A stretch of 64,000 bases of DNA from an uncultured Acholeplasmataceae bacterium (lineage in GTDB: Bacteria; Bacillota_I; Bacilli_A; Acholeplasmatales; Acholeplasmataceae). The stretch spans positions 80,890-144,889 of the forward strand of contig CAUUGG010000001.1 of the NCBI GenBank assembly GCA_963544825.1. The letters run 5' to 3'. The position numbers and the translations under genes are program-made. Below, piece by piece: positions 11,418 to 19,612 of this stretch. Each line of letters begins with the position of its first letter. Within the stretch, counting starts at the first letter, position 1. The notes beneath the pieces are model-generated. The model saw nothing but the letters and a program-made list of their open reading frames with translations. It did not search any database and was not told where the DNA came from.

Positions 11418-12262
11418 AATACTTAATATATCCACTTGACCTAACAAAATACGATAATGTTGATGCTACGTTGGTTTTGAGAACTGAGTTTTCATATAAA
11501 TGCTATCGCCGTTTTACAGTTGAAGAAATTAATACTTATTTAAAAAACCACAAAGCCTTCATTGATCTTTCTTTTATGGCCTATGACCAAGATTTTCCTG
11601 CACTTAAAAATTATTTAAATAAACTTAAATATAAAGAAAACATCATTGGTTATATTGTTGCTGACATCGGCGTTGCTCAGTTTTTAAAAGAAGAAAACTT
11701 ATTAAATAAGTGTGTATATAACCCAGAAACTCTAATTACCAATTGGCAAGAAGTTCAAACTATTTCTGAACTTGGTTTTTTTGGGGTATTTTTAGCTAAA
11801 GAAATTACTATTGAAAATATTTGTGAAATTAGTCAAAAAAATCCTGATTTTAATCTTTTTTTCCAAGGACACGGCAGATTTTCAATGTTTCACTCAAAGC
11901 GCCATTTACTTTCTATATACAACAAAAAATTTAAACACACCTTGGATTTAAAAAATAGAGCAGACTTGTTTTTAAAAGAAAAAAATAGGGCAGAAAAATT
12001 AAATGTCCTTGAAGATGAATTTGGTACCTATTTATTTCGCGGTAAAACTACGCAAATGTTTAGTTATATTGTAAAACTAAAAACTTGTCTTAAATACTTT
12101 GCGATAGACCCTTTGTTTTTTTCAGATGAATATGCAATAGATGCACTTAATCTTTATCAAAAAAACAACATTTTAGATACAGACATAGAACAATTTAAAG
12201 CAAAATACAGTGACTTGCAAGACACAGGTTTTGCAGAAACAAAAACGGTGTATAAAAAATGA
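11414..12262 (+). CDS. Peptidase U32 family protein, YrrN-like (TrhP partner)
   Basis: Its position and length match yrrN. The similarity to U32 is weak (QGHGRFSMFHSKRHLLS) and the Cys-rich signature is absent. Confidence 0.6.
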   Translation: MKYLIYPLDLTKYDNVDATLVLRTEFSYKCYRRFTVEEINTYLKNHKAFIDLSFMAYDQDFPALKNYLNKLKYKENIIGYIVADIGVAQFLKEENLLNKCVYNPETLITNWQEVQTISELGFFGVFLAKEITIENICEISQKNPDFNLFFQGHGRFSMFHSKRHLLSIYNKKFKHTLDLKNRADLFLKEKNRAEKLNVLEDEFGTYLFRGKTTQMFSYIVKLKTCLKYFAIDPLFFSDEYAIDALNLYQKNNILDTDIEQFKAKYSDLQDTGFAETKTVYKK

Positions 12263-13434
12263 GCGAACTGTTAGCACCAGCTGGTGATATTGAAAAACTA
12301 AAATACGCACTAATCTACGGAGCAGATGCCGTTTTTATCGGCGGGCTTGAGTTTTCTCTTCGTGCGCGTGCTTCTAACTTCACAATCCCGTTAATTAAAG
12401 AAGCGTGTGAGTTTGCGCATTCTCTTGGCAAAAAAGTATACGTGACTGCCAATATTTTGCCACACAGCGAAGACTTAGAAGGTTTAAAAAACTATTTACA
12501 AGAGTTAGAAATAGCAGGAGTTGACGCCATTATATGTGCGTCTTTTGCTATTATTCATGCTGCACGTAAATACACCAATTTAGAAATACATCTTTCAACT
12601 CAGCAAAGTGTTATCAACTCGCGCACTATTTTGTTTTGGAAAGAACTAGGTGTAAAAAGAATAGTTTTAGGCCGAGAACTTTCAATTAAAGAAATTAAAA
12701 ATCTTGACAGACATGGACTTGACATTGAAGTGTTTATCCATGGTGGGATGTGCATGAGTTATTCAGGTAGATGCTCACTTTCAAATACTTTTACAGGTAG
12801 AGATGCCAACCGTGGAGGTTGTGCACACAGCTGTCGATGGGAGTATTTTTTGTATTCAGGTGATATGCAACTTAAAGACGAACCTGTTTCTTTTTCAGCT
12901 ATGGACTTAAACGCAGTGCCGCACATTAAAAGTTTACTCTTAGCCAATGTGTCTTCGCTTAAAATAGAAGGTAGAATGAAGTCTCTACACTACATTGCTA
13001 CTGTTGTTAAAACTTATCGTCAAATGCTTGACGAAATTTATGAAACTAAAAAAATTAACTCTGTTAAAAAATATAGCCAGAAATTAAAGGCTGCTGAAAA
13101 CAGACTAAGTGCTACTGGGCACTTAGATAATTTACCTGCTGAAACCAAGGTGCTTTTTGACCAAAATACCACTAAACCAAATCAAGCATTTTGTGGGCTT
13201 TATTTAAATCAAGAAGTTAAAAAAGGTGTGTATTTATTTCAGCAAAGAAACTACTTTTCAGTTGGTGATAAAATTGAGTTAATGGCGCCATTAGGCAAAG
13301 AAAGAACATTTAAAGTTTTAAAATTATGGAATGAAAACTTTGAAAAAATCCAAACTGCAAACCATGCGATGAGTAAGGTTTATGTAAAATTAAATGCCAA
13401 AGTTGAGCCATATTCTATGATTAGAAAAAAATGA
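12259..13434 (+). CDS. Peptidase U32 family protein, YrrO/TrhP-like (tRNA uridine-34 hydroxylation)
   Basis: It carries the U32 signature EVFIHGGMCMSYSGRCSLSN followed by GRDANRGGCAHSCRW, and starts LLAPAGD. Confidence 0.85.
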   Translation: MSELLAPAGDIEKLKYALIYGADAVFIGGLEFSLRARASNFTIPLIKEACEFAHSLGKKVYVTANILPHSEDLEGLKNYLQELEIAGVDAIICASFAIIHAARKYTNLEIHLSTQQSVINSRTILFWKELGVKRIVLGRELSIKEIKNLDRHGLDIEVFIHGGMCMSYSGRCSLSNTFTGRDANRGGCAHSCRWEYFLYSGDMQLKDEPVSFSAMDLNAVPHIKSLLLANVSSLKIEGRMKSLHYIATVVKTYRQMLDEIYETKKINSVKKYSQKLKAAENRLSATGHLDNLPAETKVLFDQNTTKPNQAFCGLYLNQEVKKGVYLFQQRNYFSVGDKIELMAPLGKERTFKVLKLWNENFEKIQTANHAMSKVYVKLNAKVEPYSMIRKK

Positions 13435-14165
13435 GTGAAGATTCTTTTATCGTAACTAAGAAATTTGGAAAAGTTCTAATTAGATTTAATCAAAACATAA
13501 AAATAAGCTACTTAACCTGCGAGGCAATACAACCAGTTTTAGTTTTTCCAAGTCCTTATTTGTATCAATATAATTTTCGTGAAATAGCCTTAAAAGGCGA
13601 AAAAATAGTAAATAACTCAAGAGTTCAAGGCGATGTTTTTTACTATTTTCGCCAGTACAATCTTGAGGTTTCTCAAAAAAATAAGGTAATGGTTTTTGGC
13701 AAAATCTATGACTTTTTGCCAAGTGCGGCATTGCAAAAAAATGTATTTGGATTTGACGGAGAATCTGCTTACTTCTTTAGTTCTAAATACAAAACGTTGC
13801 AGACTGCCAAAAAAGAGTTTTACACTAAAGTCCTAAAAGACTTTCTTTTTAAATTTCTAAACCGCTCAAAAGAAAAACTTACCACCGTTGCAGACGCCTA
13901 TAGTTTTAAATTAGTCAAAGGCTACTATGGCAAATGTAAACGCACTGTTAATGATAAGACTGAAATTATTTTAAATCCAATTTTGATCTGTTTTAAAGAA
14001 GAGTTCGCTATTGAAACTATTTTACACGAGCATGTGCATTTAACTCACCCAAATCACGGTCTGCGCTTTAAGGCAGCACTAAATAAACTTTCAATTTTAT
14101 TTTTAGGCGAAGCACAAAAATCAGCGGTTGTTTTTCCTTCGTTAGTATTTAGCGAAAGACTTTAA
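13431..14165 (+). CDS. YgjP/DUF45-like zinc metallohydrolase (M48-related)
   Basis: The C-terminal HExxH-type motif ILHEHVHLTHPNHGLRF is characteristic of DUF45 proteins. Confidence 0.7.
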   Translation: MSEDSFIVTKKFGKVLIRFNQNIKISYLTCEAIQPVLVFPSPYLYQYNFREIALKGEKIVNNSRVQGDVFYYFRQYNLEVSQKNKVMVFGKIYDFLPSAALQKNVFGFDGESAYFFSSKYKTLQTAKKEFYTKVLKDFLFKFLNRSKEKLTTVADAYSFKLVKGYYGKCKRTVNDKTEIILNPILICFKEEFAIETILHEHVHLTHPNHGLRFKAALNKLSILFLGEAQKSAVVFPSLVFSERL

Positions 14166-14166
14166 A

Positions 14167-14721
14167 TTAGTATTCTAATTCTTTGGTTTTAAGAAACTCT
14201 ATTTTAGTGATATTTAACTTATCAATTTCACTAAATCTATTGATTAGTAGACAAATTAGGGCAAATAAAATTGGTGTGAAAATTAAGGTTAAACCTAAGC
14301 GAAGCAACAGGCTTAAAAAAGCAAGTTTGCCAAAATAAAACCAAGTGGCAAAAGTGTTTATCAAAGTATAGCCAAGATATCCGAAAAATGTAGCCATAAA
14401 AATAGTTAATTTAGAAATTCTTTTGAAGCAAATAATTGAGTAAAGTAACACCCAAAAATAAGTGGCAAATCCGTAGATAGGAAGATAACCAAGTGAATTT
14501 AAAAACCCAAACAAAAGGTCGTAAACTACGCCAGTAATTAGTGCATATGCTGGACCAAAAGCAATCGCAACCACGGCTAAAGCAACGATAAAAAAAGGTA
14601 CTCTAAACATACCAATTGGCACGATATATGAGTATAGTGAGTTAACTGCAACTGCGCTCGCCGTTAAAACTGCTGCAATTGTTAACTTAATTATTTCTAA
14701 CTTATTTTTAGTGATTTGCAT
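14167..14721 (-). CDS. Integral membrane protein with about 5-6 TM helices, possibly an ECF-transporter S component
   Basis: The call rests on the hydrophobic profile only. No specific motif was recognised. Confidence 0.5.
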   Translation of the reverse strand: MQITKNKLEIIKLTIAAVLTASAVAVNSLYSYIVPIGMFRVPFFIVALAVVAIAFGPAYALITGVVYDLLFGFLNSLGYLPIYGFATYFWVLLYSIICFKRISKLTIFMATFFGYLGYTLINTFATWFYFGKLAFLSLLLRLGLTLIFTPILFALICLLINRFSEIDKLNITKIEFLKTKELEY

Positions 14722-14727
14722 GTCTAA

Positions 14728-14756
14728 ATTATATCATTTTTTCGCCTTTTTTTCAC
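14728..14756 (-). promoter_or_regulatory. Extended -10 promoter (TGATATAAT) with a -35-like GTGAAA. It lies only 6 nt from the ATG, so the mRNA is probably leaderless.
   Basis: The reverse complement reads GTGAAA-N17-TATAAT-TTAGAC-ATG. There is no Shine-Dalgarno sequence between the -10 element and the start codon. Confidence 0.45.
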
Positions 14757-14818
14757 ATTAAAGTGAAGTTAAAAATCACTTATGTTGTATAATATTTAGT
14801 AGTTAACAAGGAGAAAAA

Positions 14819-15298
14819 ATGGCTAAAAAAAATGCATTAACTCAAGAAGGGTACGATAAATTAGTAAGTGAACTTAACGAACTTAAGTTTGTTAAACGCC
14901 CTAAAAACATTCAAGCAATTAAAGAAGCGCGCGCTCAAGGTGACTTGTCTGAAAACGCAGACTACGATGCTGCTAGAAATGAGCAGGCGCAAATTGAACA
15001 CAAAATCAAAGAACTAGAAAGCATTTTAAAAGACGCAGTTATTATTAAAAGTAACCGCGATGATATTTGCGTAATTGGCAATAAAGTTGAACTTAAATAT
15101 CTACACAATAAAGCAGTTGAAAACATCCAACTAGTTGGTAGCCAAGAAACTGACCTTTTTAGTGGTAGTGTTTTAAAAATTTCTGTAGAAACTCCGCTGG
15201 GCCGTGCTATTCAAAACCACAAAGCAGGCGATAAAGTTTCTTTCAAAGTTTCTGAAAACAAAAGCCTTGATGTTGAAATTCTTAAAGTTTACCAATAA
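14819..15298 (+). CDS. greA: Transcription elongation factor GreA
   Basis: It contains LTQEGYDKL..EL..LK..RP and GDLSENADYDAAR. An AAGGAG RBS lies upstream. Confidence 0.93.
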   Translation: MAKKNALTQEGYDKLVSELNELKFVKRPKNIQAIKEARAQGDLSENADYDAARNEQAQIEHKIKELESILKDAVIIKSNRDDICVIGNKVELKYLHNKAVENIQLVGSQETDLFSGSVLKISVETPLGRAIQNHKAGDKVSFKVSENKSLDVEILKVYQ

Positions 15299-16407
15299 TG
15301 CCTAAATACAGGTTTACTGCATATTTAAAAAGTATCTTTAACCTTCCTTTAGCAGAACTCAAAAATCAAGGTGTCGACACTTTGATTTTTGATTTAGACA
15401 ACACTCTGCTTTCTTATAAAGAAAACTCTTTTTCTAAAGAAACTGTAGATTTTTTTAAAAAATTAAGTGTTGATTTTAGATTGTATATTTTTAGCAATTC
15501 AGGCAAATCTAGACAACTTTTAAATAACTTGCCTGCCACCAAAGTTTTTTTTAACTTAAGAAAACCTTTTACTAAAACTGGCAAAAAGATTTACAGAACT
15601 GAACAAATAAAATGTCAAAACTCAGCGTTTATTGGTGACCAGTTGTTGACAGATGTTGTTTTTAGTAATAAAATGCAGTTTAAAATGACATTTTTAGTTA
15701 AGTCTATAGATTGCACAAGTGAACGTTTTTTGACTAAAATTAACAGATTTAGAGAAAAAATTATTTTTGCTTTTATTCGTTTTTTTAAACCTAACTATTT
15801 TAAAAGAAACTTGCTTAGATATTATTTAAACACTAACTTTAAAGCAAAAGTTAAATATTTAAAAAAAGCCTTGAAAACTAAATTAGGCCAAGACAAAGAA
15901 AGATACTTGCATTCTTTGTCTACCGCTAAAATGTGCAGGCAACTCGCAAAACACTGGAAAATTGATGAAAACCAGGCGTATCTTGCGGGTTTAATTCACG
16001 ATTTTGCCAAACACGTTAATGCAGACGAGGCTCATAGTTTAGTTAAGTTTGCATATCCTGAATTAAAACAGACAAATAGTACTAATTTACTACATGGCCC
16101 AGTATCTGCTTATTTATTTTCAGAACTAATTGATTTATCTGAAGACCAATTAAACTCAGTATTTATGCACACAACTCCAACTCCAGAAATCTCTACGCTC
16201 GGCAAAATTCTTTTTATTTCAGATAAAGCAGAAACGAGGAGAACTTTTAAGGACCTTGGAGAAATTAGAAAAGTGATGTGGCAAGACTTAAATAAGGCTT
16301 GTGTATTAGTTTTTGAAGGGGTTTTCAGGAGTTTAAAATCTAGAGGCATTGAACCTGAGCAAATACAAATTGACACTTACAACAAATTAAAACAAGAAAT
16401 TAAATAA
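15298..16407 (+). CDS. Fusion protein with an N-terminal YqeG-type HAD-IIIA phosphatase and a C-terminal YqeK-type HD-domain hydrolase
   Basis: The N-terminal half has DLDNTL and GDQLLTDV, as in B. subtilis YqeG. The C-terminal half has RYLHSL..AGLIHDFAKH..LLHGPVSAY..FISDK, as in YqeK. The gene is followed by rsfS, as in the Bacillus yqeK-rsfS arrangement. Confidence 0.8.
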   Translation: MPKYRFTAYLKSIFNLPLAELKNQGVDTLIFDLDNTLLSYKENSFSKETVDFFKKLSVDFRLYIFSNSGKSRQLLNNLPATKVFFNLRKPFTKTGKKIYRTEQIKCQNSAFIGDQLLTDVVFSNKMQFKMTFLVKSIDCTSERFLTKINRFREKIIFAFIRFFKPNYFKRNLLRYYLNTNFKAKVKYLKKALKTKLGQDKERYLHSLSTAKMCRQLAKHWKIDENQAYLAGLIHDFAKHVNADEAHSLVKFAYPELKQTNSTNLLHGPVSAYLFSELIDLSEDQLNSVFMHTTPTPEISTLGKILFISDKAETRRTFKDLGEIRKVMWQDLNKACVLVFEGVFRSLKSRGIEPEQIQIDTYNKLKQEIK

Positions 16408-16423
16408 TTTAAAAGGAGTAAAA

Positions 16424-16732
16424 ATGGACTCACTTAGATTAAAAGAAATTAATCAAGACTTAAAAGACATTGACGTTAAAGATGTTAAATACTACAATTT
16501 TACTGGAATCCATCCACTTTTTGACATCGCAGTTATTGGAACTGCAACTGAACGCCAGGCTTTAGCGTTAGTTTCTAGAGTTAAAAGCTACCCTGAGTTT
16601 AAGTCAGTTGAAACTGGCTCTGGTTGGACTTTGATTGCCACTGAGCAAATTTGGATACACATTTTTACCAAAGAGGAAAGAGAAAGTCGTGGACTTGATG
16701 ATGTCTACGCTCAATACGAGGAAACACTTTAA
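16424..16732 (+). CDS. rsfS: Ribosome silencing factor RsfS (Iojap family)
   Basis: It is 102 aa long, contains FDIAVIGTATERQALAL and GWTLIATEQIWIHIF, and sits directly after the yqeK-like gene. Confidence 0.85.
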   Translation: MDSLRLKEINQDLKDIDVKDVKYYNFTGIHPLFDIAVIGTATERQALALVSRVKSYPEFKSVETGSGWTLIATEQIWIHIFTKEERESRGLDDVYAQYEETL

Positions 16733-16734
16733 TT

Positions 16735-17250
16735 ATGATAAAGACAATTAAAACTATTTTTATAATTTTTCATTTTGTTTTAATTGGTACAGTTATTTGG
16801 TTTGTTTTAGTTAAAACTAAAGCACTTGAATATAAACTACCTTTTAAACAAGACGAAATCCAAGCGGCTTACTACTACGATGAAGTCAAAGACTTAGATA
16901 AAGATGTATTTGCTGATTACATGCACATCAAACCAAAGCCAGAAAACCGTGTAGTTGCAAATAAAGACGACGATAAAATTAAGTTAAAGTTCATAATTAG
17001 CGCTGCTTTTAATTCAAATAAAGTTATCTACAGGAAATTTCCTTTCTATAAGTCTCAGCCAAGTGGCACTAAAGAGGCAGTAGCTTTTGCCAAAAACAAT
17101 TCAGAGTTTATTGTAATTACGAGAAAAGCAGTTTACGAAATTAGTGTCATCGGCGATAAACACACTAAAAAAATTATTAGAATTATGAATTTAGGTGAAA
17201 CATTTAAAGAGATTTCAAACACTTTTGCTTATAAAATTACAAAAAATTAA
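16735..17250 (+). CDS. Hypothetical protein with an N-terminal TM anchor
   Basis: It has a single N-terminal hydrophobic helix and a GAGGAA RBS. I recognised no family. Confidence 0.5.
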   Translation: MIKTIKTIFIIFHFVLIGTVIWFVLVKTKALEYKLPFKQDEIQAAYYYDEVKDLDKDVFADYMHIKPKPENRVVANKDDDKIKLKFIISAAFNSNKVIYRKFPFYKSQPSGTKEAVAFAKNNSEFIVITRKAVYEISVIGDKHTKKIIRIMNLGETFKEISNTFAYKITKN

Positions 17251-17255
17251 AACCA

Positions 17256-17281
17256 AAACGCTTGGATTTCCAAGCGTTTTT
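17256..17281 (+). terminator. Rho-independent terminator
   Basis: The hairpin AAAACGCTTGG-attt-CCAAGCGTTTT is followed by a T tail. Confidence 0.75.
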
Positions 17282-17305
17282 AATTTGCTCATAAATAGTT
17301 TGTAT

Positions 17306-17340
17306 TTTAATTTGCAAATGCTAATCATTTGCAAATTAAA
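17306..17340. promoter_or_regulatory. Putative operator made of two copies of the palindrome ATTTGCAAAT, which together form a perfect 15-5-15 inverted repeat overlapping the -35 element of the downstream promoter
   Basis: TTTAATTTGCAAATG-ctaat-CATTTGCAAATTAAA was read directly. The right copy overlaps TTGCAA (17329-17334). Confidence 0.55.
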
Positions 17341-17357
17341 CTCATTTGGACTATACT
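17329..17357 (+). promoter_or_regulatory. Sigma-70-type promoter TTGCAA-N17-TATACT for the His-rich lipoprotein gene
   Basis: The hexamers and the 17-nt spacer were read directly. The ATG lies about 52 nt downstream and is preceded by an AAAGGA RBS. Confidence 0.45.
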
Positions 17358-17409
17358 AAATATGCAAGTTATTTTTTTAAAAAAAAATATACTTATGAAA
17401 GGACTATAT

Positions 17410-17841
17410 ATGAAAAAATTATTATTTGCACTATTTGCCTTAGTTGCTCTATTTGCTTTAGGAAGTTGCCACGACAATAGCAAAAAACCTCATCATGGCC
17501 ACCATGACCATCACGGAAAAGTTATGCATTTTCACCATCTAAAAAGCGAATACAAAGTTGGTGATGAACTTAAAGTAGAAGCACACAGCTTTAAAAAAGA
17601 AATTAAAGAATACAGATGGTATCTAAAACTAAAAGACGGAAAAACTGAAGAGTTTAAAGAAAGCACTAAAGACTTTACCTTGAAACTAGAAGAAAAACAC
17701 ATCGGCGCTGAACTCCACGTTGAAGCCCTAGACGCTGCTAAAAAAGTTATAGACAAAGCACACAAAGCCCTTAACATAAAAGCAAAAGAAACTAAACAGG
17801 CTTATAACTTTGCTTTAAAACAAAATCTAATTTTCGCTTAA
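17410..17841 (+). CDS. Histidine-rich lipoprotein, possibly metal-binding
   Basis: The signal peptide ends in a lipobox (MKKLLFALFALVALFALGSC) and is followed by HHGHHDHHGKVMHFHH. The start was moved from the track's TTG at 17329 to the ATG with an RBS. Confidence 0.75.
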   Translation: MKKLLFALFALVALFALGSCHDNSKKPHHGHHDHHGKVMHFHHLKSEYKVGDELKVEAHSFKKEIKEYRWYLKLKDGKTEEFKESTKDFTLKLEEKHIGAELHVEALDAAKKVIDKAHKALNIKAKETKQAYNFALKQNLIFA

Positions 17842-17859
17842 GTATAAGCTCTAAAATTA

Positions 17860-17906
17860 AAAAAATCCAGTAAATGAGGTACACCTCACAATTACTGGAT
17901 TTTTTT
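17860..17906. terminator. Bidirectional terminator at the convergence of the + and - gene blocks
   Basis: AAAAAATCCAGTAA pairs with TTACTGGATTTTTT, with an inner TGAGGT/ACCTCA stem. The right arm overlaps the last codons of dus. Confidence 0.65.
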
Positions 17907-18854
17907 AATTTCTTGAATAATTTTTACTAGTTCATTTTCGTCGTTTAATCTACAGACCATTTGTCTCAATTCAAATGAAATTTTAATGTTCTTTAAATAA
18001 AAAAGAATAGCACCACGCAGTAAAAGAAAGAAACGTCTTTGGTCTTTTTCTTGGTTTTTAAGCAAAGTATAGTGCTTGAAAATAATTTCAGCGATAGAAG
18101 TTGGTGCTTTTAAATTAGGTGTTTTAGTTAAAATTTCTTTAAAAACTAAAGGATTGGCAAGTGCTTTTCTGCCAATCATTACAGCGTCTACCTTGCAGTA
18201 CTCAAGCATTTTAGTAAACTCTGCTAAATTAGTGACATCTCCGTTTCCGATTACTGGAATAGAAACTGCTTCTTTGACTTTTTTAATTTCTGCAAGGTCA
18301 ACAACACCTGAATATCCCTGTTCTTTAGTACGACCGTGTACGGATATAAAAGAAACGCCTGAGTTTTCAAGAATTGTGGCAACTTCTTGGCCGTTTATAG
18401 TGTTTTTATCAAATCCTAGTCTGATTTTGGCAGAAACCGGCAGAGAAACTGCGTTAACTACAGCCTCAGCAATCGCTTTTAGTAAAGGTAAATCTTTAAG
18501 TAAATAAGAACCTGAATGACCACGGTCAGAAATTTTGGGAGCAGGACAACCGAAGTTGATATCAATGAAATCAAAATTGTAGTTTTGTTCAAGTATTTTG
18601 GCAGCCTCTGCCATGATTTCTGGGTCATTTCCAAAAATTTGCACACCTATAGGATGTTCAATTTCTTTAAACTCAAGCATATGAAGTGTTTTTTCGTCAC
18701 CATGCACCAAGGCGTATGAAGAAATCATTTCAGTGTAAAGTAGACCAGCACCCGCTTCTTTACAAATTTGTCTAAATGCAGAGTAAGTGTAGCCAGCCAT
18801 TGGGGCCAGTGCTAATTTGTTATGGAAGTTTAGTTTCTTAAAAATATCTTGCAT
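17892..18854 (-). CDS. dus: tRNA-dihydrouridine synthase (DusB-like)
   Basis: It contains LAPMAGYT, DINFGCP and the TIM-barrel FMN motifs HGRT..Q.Y.G. Confidence 0.88.
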   Translation of the reverse strand: MQDIFKKLNFHNKLALAPMAGYTYSAFRQICKEAGAGLLYTEMISSYALVHGDEKTLHMLEFKEIEHPIGVQIFGNDPEIMAEAAKILEQNYNFDFIDINFGCPAPKISDRGHSGSYLLKDLPLLKAIAEAVVNAVSLPVSAKIRLGFDKNTINGQEVATILENSGVSFISVHGRTKEQGYSGVVDLAEIKKVKEAVSIPVIGNGDVTNLAEFTKMLEYCKVDAVMIGRKALANPLVFKEILTKTPNLKAPTSIAEIIFKHYTLLKNQEKDQRRFFLLLRGAILFYLKNIKISFELRQMVCRLNDENELVKIIQEIKKIQ

Positions 18855-19612
18855 TTTTTGAACTTATATCCTTTAGTTAAAATTTCGTTTGCAAACTCAA
18901 AATCAGCCTGGTTTGCTTCTCTGACACCTCTTAGTGGATAGTTCAGCCCTAAGTCTGTCCATTTTTTGGCACCATGTGTGTGGTATTTTAAAACTTCAAT
19001 TGCGCAAACTGAAGAAAGCGAGTCTAAAAAACTACGTAAATTTTTAAGTTGAGTTGTGTATAGATTTATGCCGGGAATTATTACCTGTCTGACTACTATA
19101 TCTTTATTTTGTTCGTCTAAAAAACGGGCAAATGCATAAACCGGCTCAAGCGGTCTGCCGGTTAACCACAAATGTTTTTTTGGATCAGAATGCTTTAAAT
19201 CCAGCAAAACTAGGTCGGTGTTTTTAAGAATTTTTGCGTATTTATCTTTTTCGCTTTCTTGATATAATCCGGCCGAAGTATCTAGGCAAGTTTCAATTCC
19301 TTGACTTTTGGCAACCTTAAACAAGGCATCTAAAAACTCAAGTTGAAATAAAGGCTCACCACCACTGACAGTTAATTTAGGAGTAGTTCCGTAAAATAAT
19401 TTATACTGATTGAACTTCTTTAAAATTTCTGAAACTGTGTAAGTTTCACCTGAATTTCTGCTCCAAGATGTGCGGTTGTGGCAGAACTTACAAGCCAACG
19501 GACAGCCTTGTAGAAACAAAACAAAACGTAGACCTGGTCCGTCAAAAGCACCAAACGGTTCAATTAAATGAACTTGGCCTTTAACTTCAAGCAAGGCCTT
19601 ATCTAGTGGCAT
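18830..19612 (-). CDS. pflA: Pyruvate formate-lyase activating enzyme (radical SAM)
   Basis: It contains [23 protein letters not shown] and sits directly downstream of pflB. The start is ambiguous between the ATG at 19612 and the TTG at 19627. Confidence 0.88.
   Translation of the reverse strand: MPLDKALLEVKGQVHLIEPFGAFDGPGLRFVLFLQGCPLACKFCHNRTSWSRNSGETYTVSEILKKFNQYKLFYGTTPKLTVSGGEPLFQLEFLDALFKVAKSQGIETCLDTSAGLYQESEKDKYAKILKNTDLVLLDLKHSDPKKHLWLTGRPLEPVYAFARFLDEQNKDIVVRQVIIPGINLYTTQLKNLRSFLDSLSSVCAIEVLKYHTHGAKKWTDLGLNYPLRGVREANQADFEFANEILTKGYKFKKCKIFLRN

Noticed and set aside
17329-17409. N-terminal extension of the lipoprotein ORF (MQIKLIWTILNMQVIFLKKNILMKGLY)
   Set aside because: It starts at a TTG inside the operator palindrome and has no RBS. 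The ATG at 17410 has an AAAGGA RBS and begins a canonical lipoprotein signal peptide.
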